From an uncultured virus (IMG/VR IMGVR_UViG_3300031943_000020) (lineage: Duplodnaviria > Heunggongvirae > Uroviricota > Caudoviricetes), in the IMG/VR virus record IMGVR_UViG_3300031943_000020: a DNA stretch of 25,491 nt; one strand, written 5' to 3'. The notes beneath the pieces were generated by a model that had not been told where the DNA came from, made no database searches, and saw only the letters and a program-made list of their open reading frames with translations. Shown in pieces: positions 1 to 8,741 of this stretch (positions are counted from its first letter, which is position 1; each line of letters begins with the position of its first letter). The position numbers and the translations under genes are program-made.

Positions 1-240
1 GCTCGCAGAGTGGGCGTGAAGGCCCAAACGATGAATGCCATTGAGTTGGAGCGTCTTGATCCCAAGGCGTCGCTGGTGCGCGACATTGCGCGGGTCCTGC
101 GAGTGCGAGGGGAGTATTTGCTGTGTTTGACTGATGATAAGGACATCCCGGCGCGACGATGCCGGGGCGTGGTGCACCCAGGGATAGAAGATACGACCAC
201 GCCCGCGATAGCGCCTACGGTGCCGTACACGCCGGAGTGA
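1..240 (+). CDS. XRE/Cro-family helix-turn-helix regulator, 5' truncated by window edge
   Basis: Frame 1 is open from base 1: ARRVGVKAQTMNAIELERLDPKASLVRDIARVLRVRGEYLL is a typical XRE HTH. 21/46 identities, ungapped, to the HTH at 16810-17064. Confidence 0.8.
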   Translation, partial: ARRVGVKAQTMNAIELERLDPKASLVRDIARVLRVRGEYLLCLTDDKDIPARRCRGVVHPGIEDTTTPAIAPTVPYTPE

Positions 241-282
241 GTGTAGCAGATGAGGGCCGCTGTCTGGAAGAGGAGGACCCGC

Positions 283-552
283 ATGCCAGATACGACTAAG
301 CTGGCACAACAGTTGGCGGACCAGAAAGCCCGCCTGCAACAGCAAAAGGAGACGCTGGCCCGGCAGCAGCGCACCCTTGATAACCGCCTCGCTGCGCTGA
401 CACGCCAGCGGACGCAGGCCCGCCTCATGCGGGTGGGGAAGCTGGTGGAGGCCGCTGGTGTGCTGTGGGTGGAGGATGCTGTGTTAGAGAAGGCGTTGGC
501 GCACATGGCTGAGACGCTGACGGATGTATCTGTGACCAAGAGTATCTCGTAG
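283..552 (+). CDS. TraD/MobC-like relaxosome accessory protein (coiled coil)
   Basis: SD AGGAGG at 271-276, ATG at 283. Q/L heptad N-terminus, then RTQARLMRVGKLVEAAGV resembling the Ti-type TraC/TraD motif. Lies directly upstream of a MOBQ relaxase. Confidence 0.6.
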   Translation: MPDTTKLAQQLADQKARLQQQKETLARQQRTLDNRLAALTRQRTQARLMRVGKLVEAAGVLWVEDAVLEKALAHMAETLTDVSVTKSIS

Positions 553-592
553 AGATACCCTGAACCGTGTTTGAGTTCTCGTAAGGGGTGTC

Positions 593-1672
593 ATGGCCTT
601 AGCCCATTTTTGGATGCAAAGTATCAGTCGTGCGAAGGCGAGTTTACCGGCGTCGGTCGCGGTGCATTATCTCAAACGTGAAGCGGAGTTTGCCCCGGAA
701 GCCTACCTCTCACGCACAAGTGAAAGCACGAAGGATCGTCATGATTTAGTCGCATGGGATGTGCAGCATCTCCCAACCTGGGCCGAGGACAGTCCTGGGA
801 AGTTTTTTAGTGCCGCCGAACGCTATGAGGGGGTCAATCGGTACCACGCGATTATGCTACAATTCTCCCTGCCGAAAGAAATGACCCACGATCAGCATCT
901 TTCCCTGACCCAGGACTTTCTTGAGGCCACGATGCCAGACAAGAGTCTGCTCTGGGTCAAACATGAGCCGCTCGACAATTTCACGCATGAGCCCCAGCCG
1001 CATTGTCACATCTTACTTTCTGCACGCACGGTCGATGGGATTGCGCGTGATCCTGCGCAGACGTTTATGCGTTGGAATGCTGCCCATCCAGAGGAGGGGG
1101 GCTGTCAGAAAGATGCGTTTTGGAGTCAGCGGCAAGCCGTGGAACAACTCCGGCATGCGTTTACCGATCTCACGAACTTCCATGCTGAGAAGCTCGGGCT
1201 CGCTATGCGGATTGATAGTCGCAGCTTGCACCGTCGCGATATTGACCGGAAGCCGATGGTCAAAGAAGAGGACCGCCCAAGCCGTGAGGCATTGGCCGCC
1301 GAACAAGTCAAAGCTGCATACGCCTGGGAGCAGCGCAAAGTCTATAAGGGGCTCGGTGAGATCCAGGCGATCCCGCGTGAAGAGTTTGTCCTCCTTGTGC
1401 GGCAGTGGACGCGGGACTACGACCGGGGCCAGCAGCTCCCCCGCGTAAGTCTGACCGAGGTCCAGGCGTGGACGACGCAGGAGCAGGCACGGCTCGCGCA
1501 GCGCCAGCAGGGGGTAGACTACCAGCTCGCCCAGGTAGAGCGGGGGCTGGCGGGGGAGTTGCGAGCGCATGAACTGCTCGCTCTGACGCAGCGCCCGAGG
1601 CAGGAGCAGCCCGTGACGCCAGGGTTACGCGCACGGATCTTTGAGGATGACCACCCAGGGTATCGGTACTAG
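593..1672 (+). CDS. mobA: MobA/MobL family (MOBQ) relaxase
   Basis: N-terminal MALAHF..SISR..HYLKRE (catalytic Tyr motif), HLPTWAEDSPGKFFSAAERYE, FSLPKEM, 3H motif KHEP..QPHCHILLSAR, and RIDSRSLHRRDIDRKP. Confidence 0.92.
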   Translation: MALAHFWMQSISRAKASLPASVAVHYLKREAEFAPEAYLSRTSESTKDRHDLVAWDVQHLPTWAEDSPGKFFSAAERYEGVNRYHAIMLQFSLPKEMTHDQHLSLTQDFLEATMPDKSLLWVKHEPLDNFTHEPQPHCHILLSARTVDGIARDPAQTFMRWNAAHPEEGGCQKDAFWSQRQAVEQLRHAFTDLTNFHAEKLGLAMRIDSRSLHRRDIDRKPMVKEEDRPSREALAAEQVKAAYAWEQRKVYKGLGEIQAIPREEFVLLVRQWTRDYDRGQQLPRVSLTEVQAWTTQEQARLAQRQQGVDYQLAQVERGLAGELRAHELLALTQRPRQEQPVTPGLRARIFEDDHPGYRY

Positions 1673-3289
1673 ATGATTGCCAAGATGCTCCTCGCCCTGC
1701 TGGCCCTGACGGTAGGACTCACGACCGCCGCGCAAACGTTTGCCTATCTTATGCAGTTGGACCCTGCGCTTGGGTTACCGCTGTGGCGGCAGAGCGGATT
1801 GGCGATCTATGCCCCCTGGCGCGTCGTCGTTTGGGCCTGGCGGTGGGGACAGCTTGCCCCGACCGCGTTCGTGCTCCCGGCGTTTCTCGGGGGGCTCAGT
1901 GCGGGATGGACGGTCTGTCAGTGTCTGCCCACGCGTCCCAAGCCGGGGCAGGCCCACTGGGCCACGGAGCGGGAACTGCGGCAGGCTCAGTGCCGAGGCA
2001 CGAGCGGGATTGTGCTGGGGTGGACCGGCGCGCGGTGGCGGCGGCGGCTCGTGTGTTATGACGGCCCGCTGCACTGCTTCTTTGTAGGCAGGACCGGGGG
2101 AGGTAAGACGAATACCCTGACGAGTACGCTGCTCACCTATCGGCATAGTGTATTGCTGAACGATCCCAAGGGCGAACTGTGGACACGCACCGCAGGCTTT
2201 CGGGCGACGCTGGGCACAGTCTATCGGCTGGCCCCCACCGAGACCGCGAGTGCCGGCTACAACTTTTGGGGCGCCATCGACCCCACCAGTCCAGCGGCGT
2301 TCCGCGAGGTCGAGTTGCTGAGTCATTACCTGCTAGAGAAAGAGGGACCGGGCCATGAGAGTTCCGCCGGCGCCTTCTTCAGTGGGCTCGCCATGCAGTT
2401 CTTGAATGGCCTGAGTCTCTACGGGCTGCGTACCGGGCTGGCGACGTGTGGGGAGGACTTTAATGACCTCCTGGCCATGTCAGACTGGGCAGAGTTGTGC
2501 CAGCGTATGCAGGAGCATGATCTGCCGGTGGTCCAGCAGGCAGGTCGGCTTGGCGCCACAGGGAAGGGCGAGGTCAACGATAGCTTGCGCCTGACGCTCC
2601 TCCGCGCCTTGAGCGTGTTCAGTGATCCCCAGGTGGCCGCCATGACGCGCACGACCACGTTTCCCCTGACGGCGCTCCGGGAGCAGGACCAGCCCTGTAC
2701 GGTGTACTGGCATGTGCCCTTTCGCGACCAGGCCAGGCTGAAACGGCTCACGCGACTGTTCTTCCATCAGGTGCTCGATTACTGCACGCAGGGGCGATTC
2801 CTGCTCGACCAGCCGGGCCGTCTTGCTGTCGGTCATTCCCTCCTGTGGGTGGCCGAAGAACTCCCCAGTCTGGGGTATTTCCCGATGGCGACGGGGGGGC
2901 TGAATTACTTGCGTGGCTACGGCATTCAGATGCTTCTCCTGACGCCGAGTATGCAGGAGGTGATGAAGGAATACGGGACGCATCAGAACTTTCTGGAAGG
3001 CAGCTATGTCAAAGTGATTTTTGGCTTGAGTGATCCCCGAACGGCCCGCGAGTTTGCGGACAGTGTCGGGACCCACGAGGTGACCCGTACTCGTATCACG
3101 CGCCAGCGCGGAAGGAGGAGTACCAGTATCGACACGCACGATAAGGCGCTGCTGGACGCCACGGGCATTACGAAGTTGCCCCCAGGGCATGTCCTCATCC
3201 TGGCCGGGATGCACGCCCTGGTGGCTCGGCAGGCACCGTTTTATGGGTACCGGGTCTGGCGCGAGGCAAGCACCAGACCGGTCCCGTAG
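1673..3289 (+). CDS. traG: Type IV coupling protein, VirD4/TraG family
   Basis: N-terminal TM region with PALGLPLW..IYAPW, AHWAT motif, Walker A GRTGGGKT, LNDPKGELW..TAGFR. The Walker B position reads WVAEELPSLG. Confidence 0.92.
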   Translation: MIAKMLLALLALTVGLTTAAQTFAYLMQLDPALGLPLWRQSGLAIYAPWRVVVWAWRWGQLAPTAFVLPAFLGGLSAGWTVCQCLPTRPKPGQAHWATERELRQAQCRGTSGIVLGWTGARWRRRLVCYDGPLHCFFVGRTGGGKTNTLTSTLLTYRHSVLLNDPKGELWTRTAGFRATLGTVYRLAPTETASAGYNFWGAIDPTSPAAFREVELLSHYLLEKEGPGHESSAGAFFSGLAMQFLNGLSLYGLRTGLATCGEDFNDLLAMSDWAELCQRMQEHDLPVVQQAGRLGATGKGEVNDSLRLTLLRALSVFSDPQVAAMTRTTTFPLTALREQDQPCTVYWHVPFRDQARLKRLTRLFFHQVLDYCTQGRFLLDQPGRLAVGHSLLWVAEELPSLGYFPMATGGLNYLRGYGIQMLLLTPSMQEVMKEYGTHQNFLEGSYVKVIFGLSDPRTAREFADSVGTHEVTRTRITRQRGRRSTSIDTHDKALLDATGITKLPPGHVLILAGMHALVARQAPFYGYRVWREASTRPVP

Positions 3290-3298
3290 GAGTGTACC

Positions 3299-3676
3299 AT
3301 GTTGGTTCCTCTCGCAGAAGGGTCGACACTCGGGTGGGTCGCGCCTATCACCGCCGTGGCGACGGAAGTCCGGGGGATTGGGGTTATCGTGGCGGTGCTG
3401 GCGATTACCTTATTGGGTATGCGGGTCTTTATGCGCCGCCATCTGGAAGACCTGGGCGAATCGCTGACGGCCTATGCCGTGGGAGGCGCGCTGATCGGCA
3501 CGGCAGCCGCGGCAGCCCCCGCCATTCTCGGGTTTACCGGCGCGGCGACCATGAGCGGCTTGATGGTCGAGCCAGACGTCCTGGAAAGTCTGGGGACGAT
3601 CGCCAGCCTGTATGTGACGCAAGCGCCGATCATCCTTGGCGGCATGTGGGTCTGGCTGAGGCTCCGTCATGGCTGA
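3299..3676 (+). CDS. trbC: TrbC/VirB2-like pilin
   Basis: W..P followed by two hydrophobic helices as in TrbC; position before trbD; SD overlaps the upstream stop (TAGGAG). Has an extra C-terminal hydrophobic segment. Confidence 0.65.
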   Translation: MLVPLAEGSTLGWVAPITAVATEVRGIGVIVAVLAITLLGMRVFMRRHLEDLGESLTAYAVGGALIGTAAAAAPAILGFTGAATMSGLMVEPDVLESLGTIASLYVTQAPIILGGMWVWLRLRHG

Positions 3677-3947
3677 CGCGCTGCCTGGCTGGCATGCCCC
3701 GGTCTATAGCGGTATGGCCGCGCCGCCGAGTTTTCACGGCGTGCCGCAGATGTTCTTTGTCTTCGACCTGCTGGGGACGTTGTTCGTGGCGTTCATCTTT
3801 CTCTTGATTCAGCCGGTCTATAGCGTGTTGGTGGTGCTGGTGGGGGCGAGTTGCTACGGCGTGGTCTATGCCTGTGTGCAGGTAGAGCCACGGCTGGGTC
3901 GCATCCTGAAAGAGTACCGCAGCTACAAGCGGGTGTATGAGGGGTAA
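3669..3947 (+). CDS. trbD: TrbD/VirB3 inner-membrane protein
   Basis: GWHAPVYSGMAAPPSFHGVP matches the TrbD pattern (P-V-x-x-x-L-x-x-P-x-x-x-x-G-x-P); two TM helices; 92 aa; synteny. Confidence 0.8.
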   Translation: MADALPGWHAPVYSGMAAPPSFHGVPQMFFVFDLLGTLFVAFIFLLIQPVYSVLVVLVGASCYGVVYACVQVEPRLGRILKEYRSYKRVYEG

Positions 3948-3950
3948 GGC

Positions 3951-4280
3951 ATGATACGTGAGTGGGGTATACACGTCGTATTCGGGTTGCTCATGGCGGG
4001 ACTCTTTCTGGCAGGTTTCGTCACACGTCCGTTCCTTACTGCCCCCCGCGAGGACTGCTTTGCGGCACGGGAGGCGACGGCGATGGTCGTCCAGCGGGGG
4101 ACGTGGAATGATGACAAAGAGCGCTGGTGGGTGACCGTGGCCTTTGCGCCTGCCAACTGGCACCGCACCTATGCCTCACCGCAGGAGGCCCCACGCACGC
4201 GTCATATGGGCTTCTGGAGTGCAGAAGGCACCCTGGGAACGATGACGCCCATTATTGCCTATACCACGAATCCGGAGTAG
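3951..4280 (+). CDS. Hypothetical membrane-anchored protein between trbD and trbE
   Basis: Fills the gap exactly; single N-terminal hydrophobic helix; no recognised family. Confidence 0.6.
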   Translation: MIREWGIHVVFGLLMAGLFLAGFVTRPFLTAPREDCFAAREATAMVVQRGTWNDDKERWWVTVAFAPANWHRTYASPQEAPRTRHMGFWSAEGTLGTMTPIIAYTTNPE

Positions 4281-4299
4281 GCCGCATGCGGGGGACTCC

Positions 4300-6501
4300 A
4301 TGAGTACACCAGTCGCTAAGCTCGTACTCTGGGACGCGATGGCCAATGCGCATACGCTGGTCAATAGGGATGGTGCGCTTATGAGCTGTATCCGCTTTCG
4401 TGGTCCAGATCTGCACAGTGCCATGGCCAGTGCCCTGCTCGTCCAGGCCGAGCAACTCAACAATTGTTTCAAGCGTCTGAGCGGAGGCTGGGGGGTCCTG
4501 AGTGAAGCCCGGCGCCGTGAGGTGCGGACCTATCCTGCGAGTACGTGGACGCATCCGGCGGCCCGCCTCGTGGACGAGGAACGGTGTGCGCGGTTCTTGA
4601 CACCCGGCCTGCATTATCAGACGGACTGCACGCTCACGCTGACGCAACGGCAGGCCCCTAAGCTGGCCGGTGCCTGGAAGCATCTCCTGTATGAGGGGCT
4701 CCCGAAGGCCGTACCGCTGCCGGGGCTCACCGCCTTTGAAGAACAGGTCCGCCGCACGGTCGCCCTCCTTGGGGAAGCCTGCGAGGAGGTGATCCTCTTG
4801 GAAGACAATGCTCTGCTCACGTATCTCCACAGTACCGTCAGTTGGAAAGACTACGCCGTGGCGGTGCCCGATCCTCCCGCCTACCTCGACACGTACCTCA
4901 GCCGGGATGCGACCATCGCGTATGTCTGGGCACTTCCGTCGCTCATTCAGTACCCGACGCTGAACGGGCAGCACGTGCGCTGTGTCAGTGCCCTGGCGTA
5001 TCCCAAGCAGACGGAGCCAGGCCTGCTCGATGTGCTCGATACCTTGCCGCTCGAATATCGCGCGACGGTGCGGTATCTGCCCCTGTCCAGGCAGGCCGCC
5101 ATCCGGGCTGCACAGGCGGCCGGCGATTCGTACTGGGGGCAGCGCCACCGGGGAACCAATACGCGCACGGAAAAGGCGTCGATGACGCGCGCCGAGGATG
5201 CGAGCACGTTTCAAGAGGGTATCGAGCTGGACGCGTGGATGGCCGGGTACGTCACGCAGACCATTGTGGTGTGGGATGCCACTCCCGAGGGCGCCATTGC
5301 CAAGGCGGAAACCATCGAAGCCACGCTGAACACCGCTGGTTTTACGGCGAAGGTGGAAGGGACCAATACGCTGCCGGCCTGGGACGGCAGCCTGCCGGGC
5401 AATCGCACGCGCAACCTCTCGACGACAATGCTGACGACCAGGAACCTGAGCCATCTGGTGCCGGCCACGAGTCATGTGCGGGGGCCAGCCTGGAATAAAC
5501 ACCTGGACGGGCCGCCGCTCCTCATGGTGACGGGACGGGGTCAGACGCCAGTGGCGCTCGATCTGCACGACGATGACGTGGCGCACACGTTTATTGTGGG
5601 GCCGCCGGGGACGGGCAAGAGCACGCTCGTGGCCAACCTGGCTCTGGCCTGGCTGAAATACCGGGGCGCGCAGGTCTACGCGATTGACAAAGACCAGTCG
5701 CTGCGTTGTGCGACCTATGCGGTCGGTGGCGATTGGTACGACATTGGCGCCGAGCTCACGGCCCAGACGCAGGGGAGTGCCGCGAGCATGGACGATCCCG
5801 GCTTTCAGGCGTGGGGGGCGCTCTGGACGCCACCGCCCGGCTGGTGGCAATGCTACGAGATGGCCAGTCTGCTTACGACCCCGACGATTATTCCGCAGGT
5901 GATGGGGCCGCTGCTGCGGCAGATGGAAGAGCGCTTGACGGGGGTGCCGACCCTGATTGTGCTGGACGAGGCCTGGGTGTACCTGCGCAACGAGTTCCTG
6001 CGGGGCAAGATCCAAGATTATCTCCTGACGCTACGCAAGAAAAACGGGGTGGTGATTTTCAGCACGCAAAACCTGGAACACCTGATTGGCAGCGAGATTG
6101 GGAGCGACGTGTATCAATCCTGCGTCACGAAGATTTTCCTGGCGAATGCCCAGGCCCTGACGCCCCATGTGGGAAAGCTGTACCGGGACCTGGGGCTCAC
6201 CGAGCGCGAGTGTTACCTGATCGCCACACTGGCCAGCAAGCGGCAGTACCTGGTTATGGGGCCGCATGGGCGGTATGTGATGGACCTCGGGATGGGCAAG
6301 GTGGGCCTGGCGTATACGGGCGTCGGGCGGAAGGAAGACCTAGCGGCTATTGCCGAGGTCTACGGACGATCACGGGCAGACTTTGCCCACAACTGGCTGG
6401 TGTACAAGGGGCTGCATGACGCGGCAGCGCGCTTGCACGAAGGAGACAACGATGAAGAAAATGCTGACCTGTGGCCTGCTGCTGCTCACGCTTTGGCCTA
6501 A
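4300..6501 (+). CDS. trbE: TrbE/VirB4 ATPase
   Basis: LVNRDGALMSCIRFRGPDLHSA N-terminus, Walker A GPPGTGKS, Walker B LIVLDEAW, LRKKNGVVIFSTQ. Start placed at ATG 4300. Confidence 0.95.
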   Translation: MSTPVAKLVLWDAMANAHTLVNRDGALMSCIRFRGPDLHSAMASALLVQAEQLNNCFKRLSGGWGVLSEARRREVRTYPASTWTHPAARLVDEERCARFLTPGLHYQTDCTLTLTQRQAPKLAGAWKHLLYEGLPKAVPLPGLTAFEEQVRRTVALLGEACEEVILLEDNALLTYLHSTVSWKDYAVAVPDPPAYLDTYLSRDATIAYVWALPSLIQYPTLNGQHVRCVSALAYPKQTEPGLLDVLDTLPLEYRATVRYLPLSRQAAIRAAQAAGDSYWGQRHRGTNTRTEKASMTRAEDASTFQEGIELDAWMAGYVTQTIVVWDATPEGAIAKAETIEATLNTAGFTAKVEGTNTLPAWDGSLPGNRTRNLSTTMLTTRNLSHLVPATSHVRGPAWNKHLDGPPLLMVTGRGQTPVALDLHDDDVAHTFIVGPPGTGKSTLVANLALAWLKYRGAQVYAIDKDQSLRCATYAVGGDWYDIGAELTAQTQGSAASMDDPGFQAWGALWTPPPGWWQCYEMASLLTTPTIIPQVMGPLLRQMEERLTGVPTLIVLDEAWVYLRNEFLRGKIQDYLLTLRKKNGVVIFSTQNLEHLIGSEIGSDVYQSCVTKIFLANAQALTPHVGKLYRDLGLTERECYLIATLASKRQYLVMGPHGRYVMDLGMGKVGLAYTGVGRKEDLAAIAEVYGRSRADFAHNWLVYKGLHDAAARLHEGDNDEENADLWPAAAHALA

Positions 6502-7168
6502 CGTGAGTTGGGGAGTATTCGGGGTTGGAGATATCGTGGTTGATCTCATTACCGAGGCACAGACGTCGCTGACGGCGCTGCGTACCCTCGCCTCGAACCT
6601 CAACGAGGTGAAGATCTTGAATAATCAGGTGACCCAGCTTGGGAACGACGCCGCCAATTTGGCCAAGCTGCCCCTGTCCCTCGTGGGCGAGGTGCAACAG
6701 ACGATGACCACGGCGACGAACTTGTTCAATCAGGGGCGGGCGATTGCCTACCAGGCGAAGGCCTCTCTGGATGCCTTCGATACGCTGTTTACCAATGGCC
6801 AGATACCTTTTAGTCAGCGTGCGCAAGCCATCTTCAACGAAATTCGCCAGACCAGTCGCCTCGCCACCCAGGTCCAGTCTATTTATGACGAGTTGTGTGC
6901 CAATACGGCTCGTGTCGAGCAACTCACGAATGCCAGTCAGGCGGCCGTGGGCGTGCTCCAAGCCGAGCAGGCCGGCAATCAACTCCTGGGCGTGCTCGCC
7001 AGCCAGCAAAACGGCATGTACCAGTTGCAGGCGAACACGGCGCGGCTTCAGACGCTGGTCTATATGCAAGGCGTGGTCGAAGACGAAGCGGCGAAGCAGC
7101 ATGCGGAGAATATGCTCAAGGACTGGCCCACCACATTGGGGGGCGTCACGGGGTTTAAGCTGCCCTAG
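6452..7168 (+). CDS. trbJ: TrbJ/VirB5-like protein
   Basis: SD AGGAG at 6441, signal peptide MKKMLTCGLLLL, Q/N-rich helical body, ASQAAVGVLQAEQAGNQLLG typical of TrbJ. Confidence 0.88.
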   Translation: MKKMLTCGLLLLTLWPNVSWGVFGVGDIVVDLITEAQTSLTALRTLASNLNEVKILNNQVTQLGNDAANLAKLPLSLVGEVQQTMTTATNLFNQGRAIAYQAKASLDAFDTLFTNGQIPFSQRAQAIFNEIRQTSRLATQVQSIYDELCANTARVEQLTNASQAAVGVLQAEQAGNQLLGVLASQQNGMYQLQANTARLQTLVYMQGVVEDEAAKQHAENMLKDWPTTLGGVTGFKLP

Positions 7169-7180
7169 AGAGGAGATAGT

Positions 7181-7387
7181 ATGCGTGACGGGATACGATG
7201 GGGCATTGATGTTCAAGCGGCCACACTGCTCTGGAGGCTCACCAGCTTCCTGTGTGGGCTGCTGCTTCTGCCCGTGCTCGGGCTCGCTCTTGCCGGGCAG
7301 TATGTGCTGGCGAGTGTCTGGTTGTGCGTCGTTCTGGCGGTCCAGCGGGGCGTGTGGCGATTCCTGCTGCGGCGCATGATGCCATGA
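7181..7387 (+). CDS. Small two-TM membrane protein in the trbK (entry exclusion) position
   Basis: SD GAGGAG, ATGA overlap with trbL, two hydrophobic helices; function inferred only from position. Confidence 0.6.
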   Translation: MRDGIRWGIDVQAATLLWRLTSFLCGLLLLPVLGLALAGQYVLASVWLCVVLAVQRGVWRFLLRRMMP

Positions 7388-8334
7388 ATCCCCTCCCCGA
7401 AGGTGGCCTGCTCACCAAGCTCCTGCAAATCTTCGTCTTTAACTTTGCGGGGGGCGTGGACCGGCTGACGCCCGATGCGCAGTGGCTGCTCGTGCTGTTC
7501 TACGGCATCGACCTGGTGAGCACGGGAATCTGGTTTGTCATGCGGCGCGAACTCGACATGTGGTCGCTGCTGACCCGTGCCTTGACGGCGGTCATCTTTG
7601 GCTGGCTCATTACCAACTGGGTGGTCGTGACCAAGGCGCTGATGCAAGGCTTTCTCGGGGCTGGGATCAAGGCCGGGGGGGATAGCCTGACGGAGTTGGA
7701 CTTCACCAACCCGGATCGCATCCTCATGCATGGCTTTGGCGTGACGGCCGTGATCTTTCGGATGATCGCCGACACCAGTCTCTGGTCACTCAAAACGCAG
7801 GTACTCAACCTCCTGGCGGGACTCGTGACCCTGGCCACGATGAGCATTTATATTGTGCTCGCCGGCTTCGCCTTTCTGGCCCTGGTGGAGTTTTACTGGA
7901 GCTTGCCCGTGACGCTCATCATGTTGCCGTTTAGCATGCTCCCACGGGCGCATTGGCTGGCCGAGCGCGGTATTGCCCATACCTTTGCCGGGGCCATTCG
8001 CATTGGCGGGATTGCCCTCGTGCTGTCCGCCTCGCTCCCCCTCATGGTGACGGCGAGTTGGGGGAGCGTGGACAGCCTGACCGCCGCCTTTTATACCCTG
8101 ATTATCGCCTTTGCCCTGGCGGGCATGGCCTGGAAAGTGAATAGCTGGGCACGGGCCGTCCTGAACGGCAGTCTGGCCTTTGGGCCGCAGGATGTGACGA
8201 ATCAGATCCGCAGTATGACGACGCAGATTACGCATCTCGGTATCGTGATGCAGGCGTTGATGGACACGCTAGCCCACACGGACCCGGGCCATGCGTCGAG
8301 GCAACCACCACCGACAGCGAGGAATCGCCCATGA
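7384..8334 (+). CDS. trbL: TrbL/VirB6 polytopic membrane protein
   Basis: Multiple TM helices; GIKAGG..FTNPDRI and LVEFY..LIMLPF..WLAERGI match TrbL. Start at ATG 7384 overlaps the previous stop. Confidence 0.9.
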   Translation: MNPLPEGGLLTKLLQIFVFNFAGGVDRLTPDAQWLLVLFYGIDLVSTGIWFVMRRELDMWSLLTRALTAVIFGWLITNWVVVTKALMQGFLGAGIKAGGDSLTELDFTNPDRILMHGFGVTAVIFRMIADTSLWSLKTQVLNLLAGLVTLATMSIYIVLAGFAFLALVEFYWSLPVTLIMLPFSMLPRAHWLAERGIAHTFAGAIRIGGIALVLSASLPLMVTASWGSVDSLTAAFYTLIIAFALAGMAWKVNSWARAVLNGSLAFGPQDVTNQIRSMTTQITHLGIVMQALMDTLAHTDPGHASRQPPPTARNRP

Positions 8335-8741
8335 ACCACTCACGCCTCCCGACCGTCGCGCTCTTTACTCTGCTGGCCTTGCTGATCCTCTGCTCGCTGC
8401 TCACCCTCCTCCTGAGTAGCTGTGCGGGCTCCTTTGCGGGGCGGGCGCCTGAAACGCGCACCCTCACTGTGCCCTATAGCCAGGCGCAGGCCTATACCAG
8501 GTCGTCGCAGGTGCTCAGACAGATGGGGGCTGAGATGACCGCGATGGATGGTCGCCAAGCGCTCCAGGGCCTCGTGCATGGCGCGGTTCTCCTCAGTGTA
8601 CAGCTTCAGGAGCAGGGCATGAGTACCCTGGTGACCGTCACGGCCAGCATTCCCCCTGGCAAGCTCATACTGGGGACGGTCGATGAACTTGACCAGTTCT
8701 GTACCCGACTCCAAGCGGTGGAGACGGTCTATGCTCACTAG
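8331..8741 (+). CDS. Putative lipoprotein in the virB7 position
   Basis: Hydrophobic signal ending in LLLSSC (lipobox-like); ATGA-coupled to trbL and overlaps the trbF start. Confidence 0.65.
   Translation: MNHSRLPTVALFTLLALLILCSLLTLLLSSCAGSFAGRAPETRTLTVPYSQAQAYTRSSQVLRQMGAEMTAMDGRQALQGLVHGAVLLSVQLQEQGMSTLVTVTASIPPGKLILGTVDELDQFCTRLQAVETVYAH

Noticed and set aside
140..592. oriT for the MOBQ relaxase
   Set aside because: No TAAGTGCGCCCT-like nic motif with an adjacent inverted repeat was found by eye around traD/mobA; it may be divergent or outside the window.
4252..6015. 587-aa minus-strand ORF (and similar ones at 6347-7216, 2480-3214, 18964-19956)
   Set aside because: Antisense shadows of well-supported genes in GC-rich DNA; Arg/Pro/Gly-rich with no motifs.
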